From Podarcis vaucheri (Eukaryota): a stretch of 64,000 nt of DNA. The stretch is from the NCBI GenBank assembly GCA_965113315.1, contig OZ220368.1; one strand, 5' to 3'. The position numbers and the translations under genes were made by a program. Of the stretch, positions 1-12,510 are shown piece after piece (within the stretch, counting starts at the first letter, position 1; every line of letters starts with the position of its first letter). The notes under the pieces were generated by a model. It saw nothing but the letters and a program-made list of their open reading frames with translations. It made no database searches and was not told where the DNA came from.

Positions 1-2
1 AG

Positions 3-223
3 GTACATTGGGGCCCTGGGGGCAAGGGTGATCTGCGATAACATCCCCGGCCTGGTCAACAAGCAGCGGCAGCTGTGCCAGAGTTACCCAGACATTATGC
101 AATCCGTTGGGGAGGGAGCAAAAGAGTGGATCCGGGAATGCCAGCACCAATTCCGTCACCACCGCTGGAACTGCAGCACTTTGGACAGAGACCACACCGT
201 CTTTGGCAGGGTCATGCTACGAA
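3..223 (+). CDS. WNT2B: Wnt-2b, coding exon 2 (221 nt)
   Basis: AG at 1-2 and GTAAGT donor at 224. Encodes [25 protein letters not shown]...[14 protein letters not shown]...FGRVMLR, the Wnt2/2b N-terminal domain. Confidence 0.97.
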
Positions 224-384
224 GTAAGTCCCCAGAGCAGCTCGCCTTTTTGCAGAGAGCCCCACTGAATGGGGCCTGACCTGCGATTTTGATGTTCTCG
301 TTTGAAAAAAGTCAGTGTTGCCTGTCTCTTTGTGCATTATTAATTAATTACTGATTTATCATTCCTATGAGGCATCTCAAACCA

Positions 385-945
385 ACTTCCTGCATGTTGG
401 TGGCATCCACCTGTCTCGAGAGACAATGGAGGCTGCCTCCAGGGTAGGGCTGCCATATTTCAGAAAGTGAAAATCTAAACACAAAGATTGTTGTGCTTCT
501 TTTCAAAATCTCATAAAAATAAAGTTTTGTAGCTACTTTTTCAGAACCTGCCAAAATCGGCACCTCCGACATGGGTTGCCGTACATCTGGATTTTCCTGG
601 ACATTTCAGCAAATTCTGCCCAGATACTGTTCCCGATGACTGAATCCTGGGTATGTCCAGGAAATTCTGGACGTATGGCAAGCCTACTCCAGGGGTGAAG
701 CCAAACTGCTGCATTAGCAGCATTTATCTGCCCAGGTCGCAAGCTTGGGCAGTGTGTATGGAGGTCCTGGTCTGCTTAGATGACAAGACTCCCCTCTTGG
801 CCTCGCTGATGTGGTCCAAAGGAAAGGAGAACAACATGTTTGGCACCAGCTTGGCTGCAGGAGTTGCTGGAAGGAGGCAATCAAGGCACCATCGAACTGT
901 TTTAGGGACCCCACTCTGGATTTGTGTAGGGTTTGCTCCTTAGCC
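385..945 (-). mobile_element. Old LINE-derived fragment (probably RTE-clade 5' region), interrupted by a hAT MITE
   Basis: Resembles, from memory, a common squamate repeat (ttggcaccagcttggctgcaggagttgc...ggatttgtgtagggttt). The sequence is continuous across the MITE TSD. Confidence 0.4.
445..686. mobile_element. Non-autonomous hAT-type MITE (TAGGGTTGCCA termini)
   Basis: TIRs tagggctgccata / tatggcaagccta; perfect 8-bp TSD ctccaggg at 437-444 and 687-694. Confidence 0.9.
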
Positions 946-1075
946 TCTTAAAAGAGTATTAGACAAATTCCTGAAGGATAAGGCTATCAGGTCTACTAGC
1001 TATGATGGCTATGATATATCTCCACTTTTGAAGGGAGTATGCCTCTGAATACTAGTTTCTGGTGAACACAGTTAT
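946..1075 (+). mobile_element. CR1 LINE 3' fragment
   Basis: aaaagagtattagacaaattcctgaaggataaggctatc...tagctatgatggcta, typical of the end of CR1 ORF2 and its 3' UTR. Confidence 0.6.
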
Positions 1076-1446
1076 GGAGGGAAAGTGGCAGGCATGATGC
1101 TGATTACCTTAATCACCTGCCTGCCTGCCTTCCTGCCAAGTGATCACATAATGATTTCCCCTCTGTCATTTAATAAGAGATCTGCAACAAGCTGTTTATT
1201 GTCTAGGTGGGTTCACTGTGAAATAATTTTATTGAAAATCTTGAACGCTGTGGCTTTAGCACCTTTCCAGGCTTCAGGAAACAGAAGCAAATAAAATGGA
1301 CCACTTACTTATTATTTTGAATTTAAGAGTTATGGAAGCAGGTACAACTTTACAAGGACTTGAGGTTGGCAATATCCTTAGTATAATTTCACGGCTTATG
1401 TGGGCCAATTCAGAAAGAAAGAGCCCCACATGGAAGTAGCCCTTAT

Positions 1447-1752
1447 GAACATGAGAACATAAGAAGATCCTTCTGGATTAGGCCAATGGCCCATCAAGTC
1501 TAGCATCCTGTTCTCACAGTGGCCAACCACATGGCTGTGTGAAACTCTGCAACAGGACCCAACCACAAGATCACTCTCCCCTCCTGTGATTTCCAGCAGC
1601 TGATATTCAGAAATAATGTTGCCTCCAACTGTTATTGCATCCACCCATCATGGCCAGTAGCCTTTCTGTGTCGCTCCATCTCTTGGATCATTTCAGCTGC
1701 CGTTTTCTGTACCTTTTCCAACTCAACAATATCCTTTTTGAGGTGTGGCGAC
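1447..1752 (-). mobile_element. CR1 LINE 3' fragment
   Basis: gaacat(g/a)agaacataagaa tail; the minus frame encodes SPHLKKDIVELEKVQKTAAEMIQEME (CR1 ORF2 C-terminal motif). Confidence 0.85.
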
Positions 1753-4094
1753 ATGCACACATACATGCAAACGTGTACAGAGATAACAGGATGGAGAGGC
1801 AGAGGGAGTGAGTTTGGGAGTTTCTTAGAACTGGAACTCTCAGATCCGGCTTCATACCTGACTGGGACAGACTCACATTTACGAGACAAGTCTGCAGGCA
1901 TAGCATTTAGCTTTGTCCAGGAAGGAAGAATCTTTTGCTAATCGCTGTGGACAGAGCAAGGCCTAAATTACCCTGCATGATGTCTTGGCTTCCCCTGTAT
2001 ACTAAGCAAACAGTAATAGGATATGTCACTGTGCTGGGAAGTAGCCACTTCAGAATAGGAGAGAACACCTCTGGAAGCATGAGCTTGAAAGTAAACTGTA
2101 ACAGGATATATAAATATTTGGCTAGCGGGAGCTGGCTGGGAATCAGCTGCTGGGGCAAAGTTTGTAGTCACCCTGCATAGTGCAAAAGGCCAAGCCACAG
2201 CTTTGACCTTCCTCTCAAAGAGGGACTGTGGTCAGGGAGTAAAACGCACCCCTGTGGAAGGCCTCAGACATCAGTGTCTAAAAGCTCCAGCGTGCCCTGC
2301 ACTGGCTGTGCCGATAGATACGTTTCAGCCCTGCCCCAAATGTTACAAACACTTGCTTTAAATGATACACAGGGAAGCATGCAGGGGCAGAAAGTCCGTG
2401 TTTAGTGTGTATAGAAGTGGTTTTGTGCACTACCCCAATGTTCTTCTCAGTCTACATACAAGTATAGGTAAGTGCATAGACACCTATTTGTCCTTGATTT
2501 TTACAAAGAAAATAGTGCAGGGACAGGATTCACATCTCTATAATGCCTTTTATCATAATGTTGTGCAATGTGAGACTGATATAGGCTAACACCAAATCAG
2601 TAAGTTTGCCTACCAGATAAGCATCTCAGCCTACTTACATCTAGTGTGCGAAGTGTTAATATTTGGCAGGAGCCTGCCTTCTTTTTGCAAATTTGATTGT
2701 AGTCAGGTAGTCCATTAACAAAACAGTTTTGTATCTGTAGTAGTCTATTTTGCTTCCACGTTTGAGCTGATCTTTCTTTCTGCTTGGCAGATTGAATATA
2801 GTATAGTTGTTTTCCCACTCCCTTTAACATTGTGGTACAAGATGTTATGGGATATGCCATACATCTCACATAGTCCCTAGCAGGGAATCTTTTTAATAAT
2901 AGGCACACTGCTTTAGCACAAGTTTTGCATGTGAATACGTTTAATGGAACCTTGTCTTAAGTTAAATCAATAAAAGCCAAGCACTGTCCGGCTGATCTTA
3001 CCTTCGGTCACTGTTTCTAGAAAGCAGACCTGCCATTTGCTTCTCCAGCTTCTGCTGAAGGTTGCTAGATTGCACCACTGGCTTTGAAGCTGTTATCCGA
3101 AGGCTGCGTCTGAGGAACGCAACAGTGTGGTTTTGATTTGCAGCTGTTTTTATGGCCATTATAAAAACAGATGCGAACTCAAAGCAGAACTATAAAATAC
3201 CAGGCAGCATCCTGCACTGCATGGGGACTTGCCAGGCGATTTACAGCTTCTGGAAGGAGCGGTACTATATATGCATTTATCCAAAAAAAGACAACAGCCA
3301 CCCAGATATGATGGGAGGATCATGCTGTTCAGACTCAGGGGGTACAAGGAGAGAGGTGTGGAACCAGAAAGAATAATTTCTACAGATGCATGCAAACATG
3401 TGAACAAAGAAGTCCCAAGATATTCGAACCTTGGCACATTGTGGAGATGAAGGCAGGCAGACAGAGGATCAGACAGACTCTCCAAAGAAAATTAAAAACA
3501 ATATTGAAATTCCTCATCTTCTGTCAGCAGACCTTTCTTCATTAGGGCCCTACACCCTTGTCTTCCAGGCTGCTTCTAAAAGACATTTTACCTCCAAGAA
3601 GTCCATTTTCATGGCATCCTCTTCAGCAGGACCCTCACTGTTGCTTGATCATTGAATTTACCCAACTCCAGTCCCTGCTCAAAACCAGAAAATAATCTAA
3701 GGATCTCAGATGCCTGACTTTGTATGCCTTGTTTTGTGCATTATCAACATAGTGAATCCATGGCTCATCAAGGTAGCAAGTGAGCCTTACCTTTGTGTCT
3801 TTGCGTCCTTTGTGTCTCATCAACTTGTGTTACATCCCCCCCCCCCAGAATATCTCCTCTACAATGGTTAACATAGTTTCATTGTTATCCTTGCTAGGCT
3901 TGGGGTGCCAATCAAATAGCCGATGAAATAAGCATCTGATATTTTACTGTTATCACATATTGCCAACTATCCCATGAAGTCCAAAATGTTCTTCTGTAGG
4001 TAATGGCGTGTACTTTTTATTGGATCACACTGACCACAAACATCCCCTTCCTGATAGCTTCCATAATCTTCCCTGCTATATCCCTACCCCAAAT

Positions 4095-4345
4095 GAGAGT
4101 CAGTGTGGTGTAGTGGTTAAGAGTGGTGGACTCATAATCTGGGGAACCGGGTTCACGTCTCCGCTCCTCCACATGCAGCTGCTGGGTGACCTTGGGCTAG
4201 TCACATTTCTTTGAAGTCTCACAGCCCCATTCACCTCACAGAGTGTTTGCTGTGGGGGAGGAAGGGAAAGGAGATTGTTAGCCGCTGTGAGACTCCTTTG
4301 GGTAGTGATAAAGCAGGATATCAAATCCAAACTCTTCTTCTTCTT
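4095..4345 (+). mobile_element. tRNA-derived SINE (Squam3-type), full length
   Basis: A-box tggtgtagtgg, B-box-like gggttcacgtct, (CTT)n tail, flanking direct repeat ctaccccaaa at 4084-4093 and 4346-4355. Confidence 0.9.
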
Positions 4346-5345
4346 CTACCCCAAAAGAAGCAGCTGGGACTGTTCTGTGCTAAAGGATAAACTAAAATCC
4401 TTGTATACAGCAGCTTCTCCTACAGGTGATTTGCTCTTCAAAGAAGAACTAGTAGAGCTGAAAAAAAAAAAAAACATCCATAGAAAGAGTGGCACAGCTC
4501 ACAAAAGCCCCAGAGTCTCACAGTTCTTACCATAACTGAATGTAAAGGCTGGCTTTTGTCTTTCATGGTTACTACTATGGATGCTTTATTTGCTTAATTT
4601 CATTTTAAATAACAATAATGCATGTAATTACCAATAGATCAATGATGTTTTGGCTGCTCAAATGACCAGCACTGCTCCCCATGCAACAGACCTCTAGGAG
4701 TTCCATAAACCTTATGGCTTGGAATGTATAGTAAAAAGCCCAGACTCTCCTTATAATAAGTAGACTGTTCTCTATGATTTAATGCTTTACTTCAATTATG
4801 AAATATTTGCATACTCTCTCTAAATTGCTAAATATGTACAGATGTGAAAAATAAGAAGGGAGAAAAAAATGTTGAAGCGATAGCTGTGATTAGTGAAGAT
4901 TGCTAAATATCATGAATGCACATAGACTAGATTAAAATTAGATTACAAAATCAGTTCAGAATGGAGAAAGAGAAGGCAAGGGGTTCTGAATATATACACT
5001 TCAACTTCACATTGAAAGTTAGTTCCAGCGGTTTTTCTTATAAGAGAACAATGGCAAATGTAGGAATCCAATTTGTAAGATTTCTTAAGGAAAAAAACCT
5101 GGAAGTAATGATCTCATTGTGCTCGGTTGACTGCACTATTCTAAGTGTATTTTTAAAAGAAAAGAAAGGGTATATCAAAGACTTTGATCTTAAGCAAAAG
5201 TACTTGGAAATTGATCTGAATCAGTGTTGCTATTGTAATTTATATACCGCCTTTTATCCAAAGATCTTCGGGCAGTGTACAAAACCACTTAGCTTCTGAC
5301 TCCTGGCTCACTATTCTTGTTTCTTGTTTCCCACCCATTTGGCAG

Positions 5346-5623
5346 GTAGCAGGGAAGCTGCCTTCGTCTATGCAATCTCCTCCGCTGGAGTTGTATACGC
5401 CATCACCAGGGCTTGCAGCCAAGGTGAGCTCAAGGCCTGCAGTTGTGATCCCCACAAGCGGGGCCGCTCGAAGGACGAAAGAGGGGAGTTCGACTGGGGG
5501 GGCTGCAGTGACAACATCAACTATGGGATCAAATTTGCAAAGGACTTTGTGGATGCCAAAGAGAAAACAGTGAAGGATGCCCGGGCCCTGATGAATCTGC
5601 ACAACAACCGCTGTGGCAGAACG
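5346..5623 (+). CDS. WNT2B: Wnt-2b, coding exon 3 (278 nt)
   Basis: Pyrimidine tract plus CAG acceptor (5343-5345), GTTAGT donor. Encodes [16 protein letters not shown]...WGGCSDN...[12 protein letters not shown]; phase continuous with exon 2. Confidence 0.97.
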
Positions 5624-6158
5624 GTTAGTAGCATGAATTCTTAGCAGCTTGGCAGTGGCTGATATGAGTCGTCCTGTATGGTTCAATTCAGTTGTGGTTG
5701 GGGGGGCGAGATGGGGCGGGGTTGCTTATCTGCCTTCCTAACATGGAGCATTGCTGCCAGTTCCTGACAGCCGGAGGGCAAGCTGAAGGGGAGCTCAGCA
5801 TGGTTTGGGTGCAGCAGCAAGAGCATAAGATTGGTTCTACCACCTCAGGCACATGGTGCTGAGCATCCACAACTCACCCTCTCAGGAACTGGCAGCAAGA
5901 TGTAGTGATGGGAACCCAACCCTGCCTGTGTCACCCCACTGATTGTGCCAGCTAATAATTTTGAATAAAACCACCCAGAGCCCTTTCTGTGCTACAGATC
6001 TCAGCCCGTGGAAAACGCTGACATCTCAGATTTAATCGTCGGAGAGAGAGACCTGGAGTTTTGTTAGTGGGACTCTAGTCCTTTGGACAAGAACAAGGCC
6101 TCATTCAACAGGAACTCCCTTCCCCTCATTTAGACCAGGCTTCCTAATCAAAATAAGC

Positions 6159-6294
6159 CAATGGATGGGAGTCTGTGGCCTTCCAGATGTTGTGAGACTA
6201 GCTGCCATCATTCCTGGCCATTGACTTTGCGGGCTATGGCTGATGAGAACTGCAGTCCAATAACATCTGGAGGGCCACAGGTGCTCCATCCCTG
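6159..6294. mobile_element. hAT-type ~135-bp palindromic MITE, diverged
   Basis: Inverted arms tgtggccttccagatgttg / taacatctggagggccaca; same family as 12350 and 41496. Confidence 0.7.
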
Positions 6295-6517
6295 GCCTAA
6301 GAAAAGTTTAAACCAGGGGTGGTTAACCTGTTGTTGGACTTCTATCCATTCCAGCCAGTTGGCAAAAGGTAGGGAAGGGGAAATCATGCCATACTCAGCC
6401 ACAGACCCAAGGAGAGATTTGGCATTGCACTGTGTCAAACATTCTGCCAGTGCAAGCATTTCAGCTTGCCTGACAAAATGACCCCCCTCCTCCCCCACTG
6501 TGATGCTGTTCTGGGGG

Positions 6518-6520
<3 letters not shown>

Positions 6521-6556
<36 letters not shown>
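6521..6556. repeat. (AC)18 microsatellite
   Basis: Read directly. Confidence 0.98.
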
Positions 6557-6557
<1 letters not shown>

Positions 6558-7095
6558 AACCAATTTCAGGGGGCATGCAGAGGAAGGGGAGAAGCCCTGC
6601 ACAAGTGGCAGTCCTTGCATTGGCTTCCACTGATGGCTTTCATTAGTTGAATCCCTTCCATGCCTGCATATGAATACAATCAATTTCTGTTCTGTCAAGC
6701 TGGCATTCTTTTTAGCCAGAAAGGCATGCCTCTGTAGCATCATTACAGAAAATTTGCCTCCATTCATGCAGTGATAGTTATCCATTTCAGCACAAGCATT
6801 TTCAATCAGGTCATTAAAGGTTCCTTAGATTTGCTTCCAGTTGTGATGAATCTTGGCTCTAATAGACTAGTCCAAGGATTTTGACAAAAGAAAAGCTGCA
6901 GGTATTGTTCATAGGGCTGGCGGGTCTTTTCTATAACTAGTGAAAATGCCCTAAATGGAAACATAGGAGAGGTAAGCAAGGCAAAAGTGTCTGAGGCAGC
7001 GATAACCAACACAGGAGCATTATTAAAGCAGTTTTTGTCTATAATGGGAACACGTAAGGTCATTTATAGAGTTGATACTGTCTCTTCTGTTCCAG

Positions 7096-7360
7096 GCTGT
7101 AAAGCGTTTCCTGAAACTCGAATGCAAATGCCATGGTGTCAGCGGCTCCTGCACTTTAAGGACTTGCTGGCTGGCAATGTCAGACTTCCGCAAAACAGGA
7201 GACTACCTCCGGAAGAAATATAACGGTGCCATCCAAGTAACTATGAACCAGGATGGCACTGGGTTCACTGTGGCCAATAAAAACTTCCGCAAACCCACCA
7301 AAACGGACCTTGTATATTTTGAGAATTCACCCGATTACTGTGTGATGGACAAGTCTGCAG
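7096..7360 (+). CDS. WNT2B: Wnt-2b, coding exon 4 (265 nt)
   Basis: ttccag acceptor, GTAAAT donor. Encodes [25 protein letters not shown] (Wnt signature with the lipidated Ser)...[12 protein letters not shown]. Confidence 0.97.
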
Positions 7361-7763
7361 GTAAATGCCTCCTTTGACCAAACAGCAGGCTTTCTGTGCC
7401 CTTACTCGCTAGCTGTCCTTCTCTCATGGGGACCAGCAATTTTATTCTAATCATAAATGCCCAGGACATCTTCAACATTGGGGTGAACAGCATGCTCCCC
7501 CATATTTCATGACAGCAGGCTAGTTTTGGGAGTGTACAGGGTTATGGGTGAATAGCACACACAGCAGAATGGCAGGCAGGGGTTCAGGAGGACTATCTGG
7601 TGTCTCTTGTCAGTGCCCCCTCATGGCCTGCAGCATCTGCCACTTGGGACAGCTGCCTCACTCTGCCTAATGTTAAAGCTGGCCCTGATGCATTTCCTGC
7701 CTTGCCCAAGCCAGTTTATTGTTGTTGTAGCACATTATTAAGACTGGGCATATATTCATTCCC

Positions 7764-7941
7764 AGGAATATAGGAAACTGCCTTATGCTAAGCCAAACCA
7801 TTGGATCTAGCTAGCCCAGTATTGTCTACAATGACTGGGAGTGGCTCTCCAGAGTTTCAGACAGGGGGCTTTCCTAGCCTCACCCACAGATGTCAGGGAC
7901 TGAAGCAGAGACCTTCTGCATGCAATGCTATAGCCCTTCCC
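7764..7941 (-). mobile_element. tRNA-headed SINE with CR1-like tail, diverged
   Basis: gaatataggaaactgcctta tail and gggactgaagcagagaccttctgcatgc head; a related copy lies on + at about 10490-10642. Confidence 0.65.
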
Positions 7942-8161
7942 TATCAGTCAAGGGCAACCTATACAAGTCAAAGGCATTTTTCGGATGCTTTAGGTTGCAC
8001 TGCTTCAGATAAGTGCTTGTAGAATTTGCTGCCATGTACACTGTGGAAAGGAACCCATAACTCAAGTTGACATAAGCCGAGTGTATAAGGTTTCCAGATT
8101 TTCGCTCTTCATCAGCAAACCAAATGCAAAATCCAATGAAAGTATTCTTCTGTTTTTACAG

Positions 8162-8391
8162 GTTCGTTAGGGACAGCCGGACGAGTGTGCAACAAGGTCT
8201 CGCGTGGGACCGATGGATGCGAGGTCATGTGCTGCGGCCGAGGCTATGACACCACCCGCGTGCGGCGAGTCACCAAATGCGAGTGCAAATTCCACTGGTG
8301 CTGTGCTGTCCGCTGCAAGGAGTGCGAGGACACCGTGGACGTTCACACGTGCAAAGCACCCAAGAGGGCAGAGTGGGTGGACCAAACCTGA
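8162..8391 (+). CDS. WNT2B: Wnt-2b, last coding exon 5 (230 nt to TGA)
   Basis: tttttacag acceptor. Encodes [10 protein letters not shown]...CCGRGY...[14 protein letters not shown]...[12 protein letters not shown]. The C-terminus fits WNT2B rather than WNT2, and the gene is adjacent to ST7L. Confidence 0.97.
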
Positions 8392-11300
8392 GACAGTGTG
8401 AACCAGAGGGGGGAAAGCAAAACTGGCACAGTGCCCCAGGGCTTGGGCATTCTGGGAATTGTAGTTCAACTGCATGGCTTTTATTTAATTAATTCTGCAA
8501 AGCACTACAGAGAAGACTACATTTCCCATGGGGATAGTGAGCTCTTCTGCTCACCCAGTAGAACTCGCTCCTCTAACTTTAAAAAGGAATTTTCAAATGA
8601 CAGGGAACTGTGAAGCTTCCTTTGCCTGGCGATATTGTCCAAAGAACAAATGAATAAAAAGAGGGAACAATGCAGCTGCGTAGGAGCACAAGAGACTGAG
8701 GAGCAGGTTACAATTAGCTGGAGAACCTTGCCTCTCTCCAGGGAATGTTCAGCAGTATATTATAAAATGTTGCCTAACCTGCAGAAATCCCTCCAACTAC
8801 CCTGGAAGAAAGTACTCTATTTCCCAAAAGAAGATGGCTGTATAGTCCTAAGGAACTACATGTTCTGCTATGGATCTCCACTCATACAGAGGCCACCATG
8901 CCTGCACTATGGACATTAGCTGAACAACAGCAACATTGTGTAAAGGGACTTCGTTACCTTTTCCTTTCTAATGGAAAGCAAACTGTGGAGTTACAAAGTT
9001 GGCAGCCGAAAGAAAACCAGTATCTACATGCAGAGGGGAAAAAGTATGAAAGTTGAGAGTACATGTGTATGTCTGGACGCGCTGGTAGGTTCTAAAGGAA
9101 ACTAATATAAAGGTGACTTTTTGGTACAAATGCACTTGTACATCATGTAGACTGCTTTAAATACTTTAAATCAAAAATCCCATATAAACCTGTATCAGAA
9201 AACGGTGTTCTTTGCTTTGTGGCTTTCTACAATCGTGGCTAGCAAGGTGAGTAATGGGCAGGTTCTTGCCCTATGTTATTGCTGCACTCCACAACTGTGG
9301 CACTTCTAGACTATAAGGTCAAAGCAAAGTTCTTGAGGCTAAAGGCAGCATAACAGTGCTGTCAGATCACCAAGCTAACACTTCTCTTTTGTCTCTGCAT
9401 CTCTGAAAACTTTCATCACCCCCCCCCCATAATCCTTGCATATTCTGTCAGTCTACGTTCCCTGGCCACACTGTTGAATGTTTATCTTCTACCATAGCCT
9501 CATGTGCAACTGTTGGAGGTGCTTCAGTTTGGGCCTCTGCTGAGATTACAAAAAGGCAGCCATTGTTGTATCAGTTTTCCACTCCTTCCAGGGTGGGACA
9601 GGCAAACACAAATCTCTTATGTTGTGATTCTTGTCTTGTGGGGGTTGAACCAGATGACCCTTTGGGTCCCTTCCAAGGAGTACTTGGGTCATGGTCTCAT
9701 GGAGTCACATGCAGCTCCTAAGCCATAGCTTTGATCACCTGAAATCTAGTGCAGAGTTTGACCCCCATCTTGTGAATCAAGTCATTAAGCCAAGCTCTGT
9801 AAATGAATCCTTTAGGATGCAGAGTCACTGTTTGGCCCCTTGCACCACTAGAGACCTGCAAGTATTAAAAAGGGTCCTATAAGGATCATTTTCAAAACCA
9901 CGATTATAAAAGCTGTTTGGCAATACAAACCCAAGTGTCAGTCTTTTGTGCGACATAATTTCACAGCTTCACGGCGACTGTGTGGGCTTTGTCTCTGGAA
10001 CATAACTCCTTAGGATGAAGCCAGGACTGTTAAGCTTGTTTAGGTTCACAGTGTTGTTATAGCTTTTGCGAGCTCAGCAGAAGCCAATGAATCAGTCTAA
10101 AGCCACATGGCACACCCACGCCACAGGGGATGAACCAGTTTTGTTGAATAAATGCAAATACCCAACTATGGGAGCTTCGCATCTGCAATCAGCATATTGT
10201 CCTTACTGTTATGCAATAGCTGCATTGCACGTGTCTGCCCAGACAGGCCACAGCAGTGTCAAAACCATATTAACTTACTGAACCTGTATACATCTCCTTA
10301 AACACAAATCTCACCTTGTTTGGTGGGACTTACTCCCAAGTAAATGTGCAGAAGTTTGCAACTTAACTTAAAAAACAAACAAACCAACAAAACCCCTGTT
10401 AATACCTCTACAGAACTTTTGAAGGTACAAAGTGCCTGATAATCCCACACAGTCATGTCCAAACCAAATATTTCACCTAATGCATATTTTAGGAAGTCTC
10501 AGGTCCAATGTCCAGCATATCTAGATAGAGTTAGGAAAGACCCAAGCTGAATCTCCAGAAAGCCATGGGCCAGTCATTGGGCGTTGACATTTCTGAGCTA
10601 GGCAGATCAATAATTTGACTCTGCATATGTCAGCTTCCTGTGCACCAGCTCCCTTTCTCTCTCTGATGCAGGATCAGGGATGGAGACCATGGCAACTGGA
10701 CCTGCAGATTTCAGACAACATAGTAGCCTTTTCCTAGGCACAAAGACCAAAGATGTGTTGAGAGAATATTAATGTATGGCTGGGAAACGTTTGTGGGGGG
10801 GTTTAACCCAAGGGCCACATTCCCTTCTTGGAAACCTTCTGAGGGCCATATGCCAGCAATTGGCAGGACCAGAGGCAAAAGTGGCTGGAGCAATGAACAT
10901 GAATATCACTTTTGTATGGTAGACTAGTTTCTACACATATCCACACGCCCGTCTCTGTCTTCTATCCATACAAGCAAGAAACATTATTAGAGTTTATGGA
11001 GATTTTTCCAGTCTACAGAAATTCTCAAGGACCATACCGGGCTGGAAAGAAGGTGTGGCTGTCAAGAGTCCCACAGAGACCTGGAGGTTCTCCATTCCTA
11101 TCTTAATGGAAAATATAAGCATTGCTAGCTTAGACAGTGGTGTACCTAATAATTTTATTGGGGGTCAGCAGCAAGATCCCATTTCATCCCTGGCTTTTTA
11201 CAAATTCAAAAGGTGTTTTCCAATGTTCAGATATATGTTCAGATATATATGATGAAGAATTGACACTGCAGAAAATTACTAGCCTGCAGCTTTCAGGGTG

Positions 11301-12205
11301 CTGTTGCTGCAGAACATCTAAGTTCTCATTACTTAAATAGAAAAAGAAACAGATTTGATAAGCTCTTGCCAACTAATAGTGAATGAATTGCAATGCTACA
11401 TAAAGCAGTCTTCCTAAATTGCATGCACACCTTTAAGGAAGTATTTTAATGGTTAAGCAAAACTGGATCATCATTAGATCATCCCTTATCAAACGTTATG
11501 CTGAAAGTCTCCCAATGCTATTGTGCGCCTGAAAGGGGTATGTTCATAAGAATAGAATAAGTCCAAGAAATACTGAGAACAAATGACACCTAGCTTTCCC
11601 ATTGTCTGGTTGGGGAGAGAACACAAACCTGGGAACATGGTCCTCTGCTGCCATGGCAACAAGCAGCTCACCTTTGAAACTTTCCCCACCTTCACAAGAA
11701 GGTCACATCTCCTATTCTTTCTGGTGTGGCATTGACACAGTTTGCTGCTGGCCTACAGAAGCTTTGATGAGAGCTATACACTCAGTACCAGGCAATATGA
11801 ACAGCAAGGAGCTCAACTTAAGGAAAGAAAGAGGAAGAACATTATGAAAGCATGGGCAATGTCAAATGTTGCATTACAAATCCAAACGTTTTCCTCATTT
11901 GTTTCAACAAAATAAGCAATATATACCTTTATATATACTTTTAAAAAATCCCCCCACCTGTTTTCACCGTTGTTTTAATTGGATTCTATTATTTGCATTC
12001 CAATTTGACACTTGAAAGACTTCTAAAACCCTTGTTTCACCCAACCAGTTTATCTTCTCATTGGCCTGCTTACCAATAGACATACACATACATTTTCTCA
12101 GTATTCCTTACTCCAGCTCTGCAAGGTAGGTCAGTATTATCATCTCTATAGCACAGCTGAAGGACTAACGCTGGAACACAGTAGCTTGCTTAAGACCACT
12201 TAGTG

Positions 12206-12341
12206 CAGGCATGGGCAAACCTGGCTCTCCAGCTGTTTTAGGACTACAATTCCCATCATCCCTGACCACTGGTCCTGTTAGCTAGGGGTGATGGGAGTTG
12301 TAGTCCCAAAGCAGCTGGAGGGCCAAGTTTGGCCATGCCTG
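12206..12341. mobile_element. hAT MITE, 136 bp
   Basis: TIRs caggcatgggcaaac / gtttggccatgcctg; perfect 8-bp TSD acttagtg at 12198-12205 and 12342-12349. Confidence 0.93.
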
Positions 12342-12349
12342 ACTTAGTG

Positions 12350-12510
12350 CAATGGTGAGGAACCTGTGGCCCTCCAGGTGTTGCTGCACTACATTTCCCA
12401 TCATCCCTGTTGCTGCACTACATTTCCCATCATCAGCAAGCCACGCTAGCTGGAGCTTATGGGAGTTAGACTTCAATAACATCTAGATGGCCACACGTTT
12501 CCCACCACTG
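12350..12510. mobile_element. Older hAT MITE with an internal ~27-bp duplication
   Basis: caatggtgaggaac...gtttcccaccactg termini; tgttgctgcactacatttcccatcatc occurs twice. Confidence 0.8.

Noticed and set aside
4095-4170. tRNA gene
   Set aside because: The tRNA-like head continues into a SINE body with tail and TSD; no acceptor stem.
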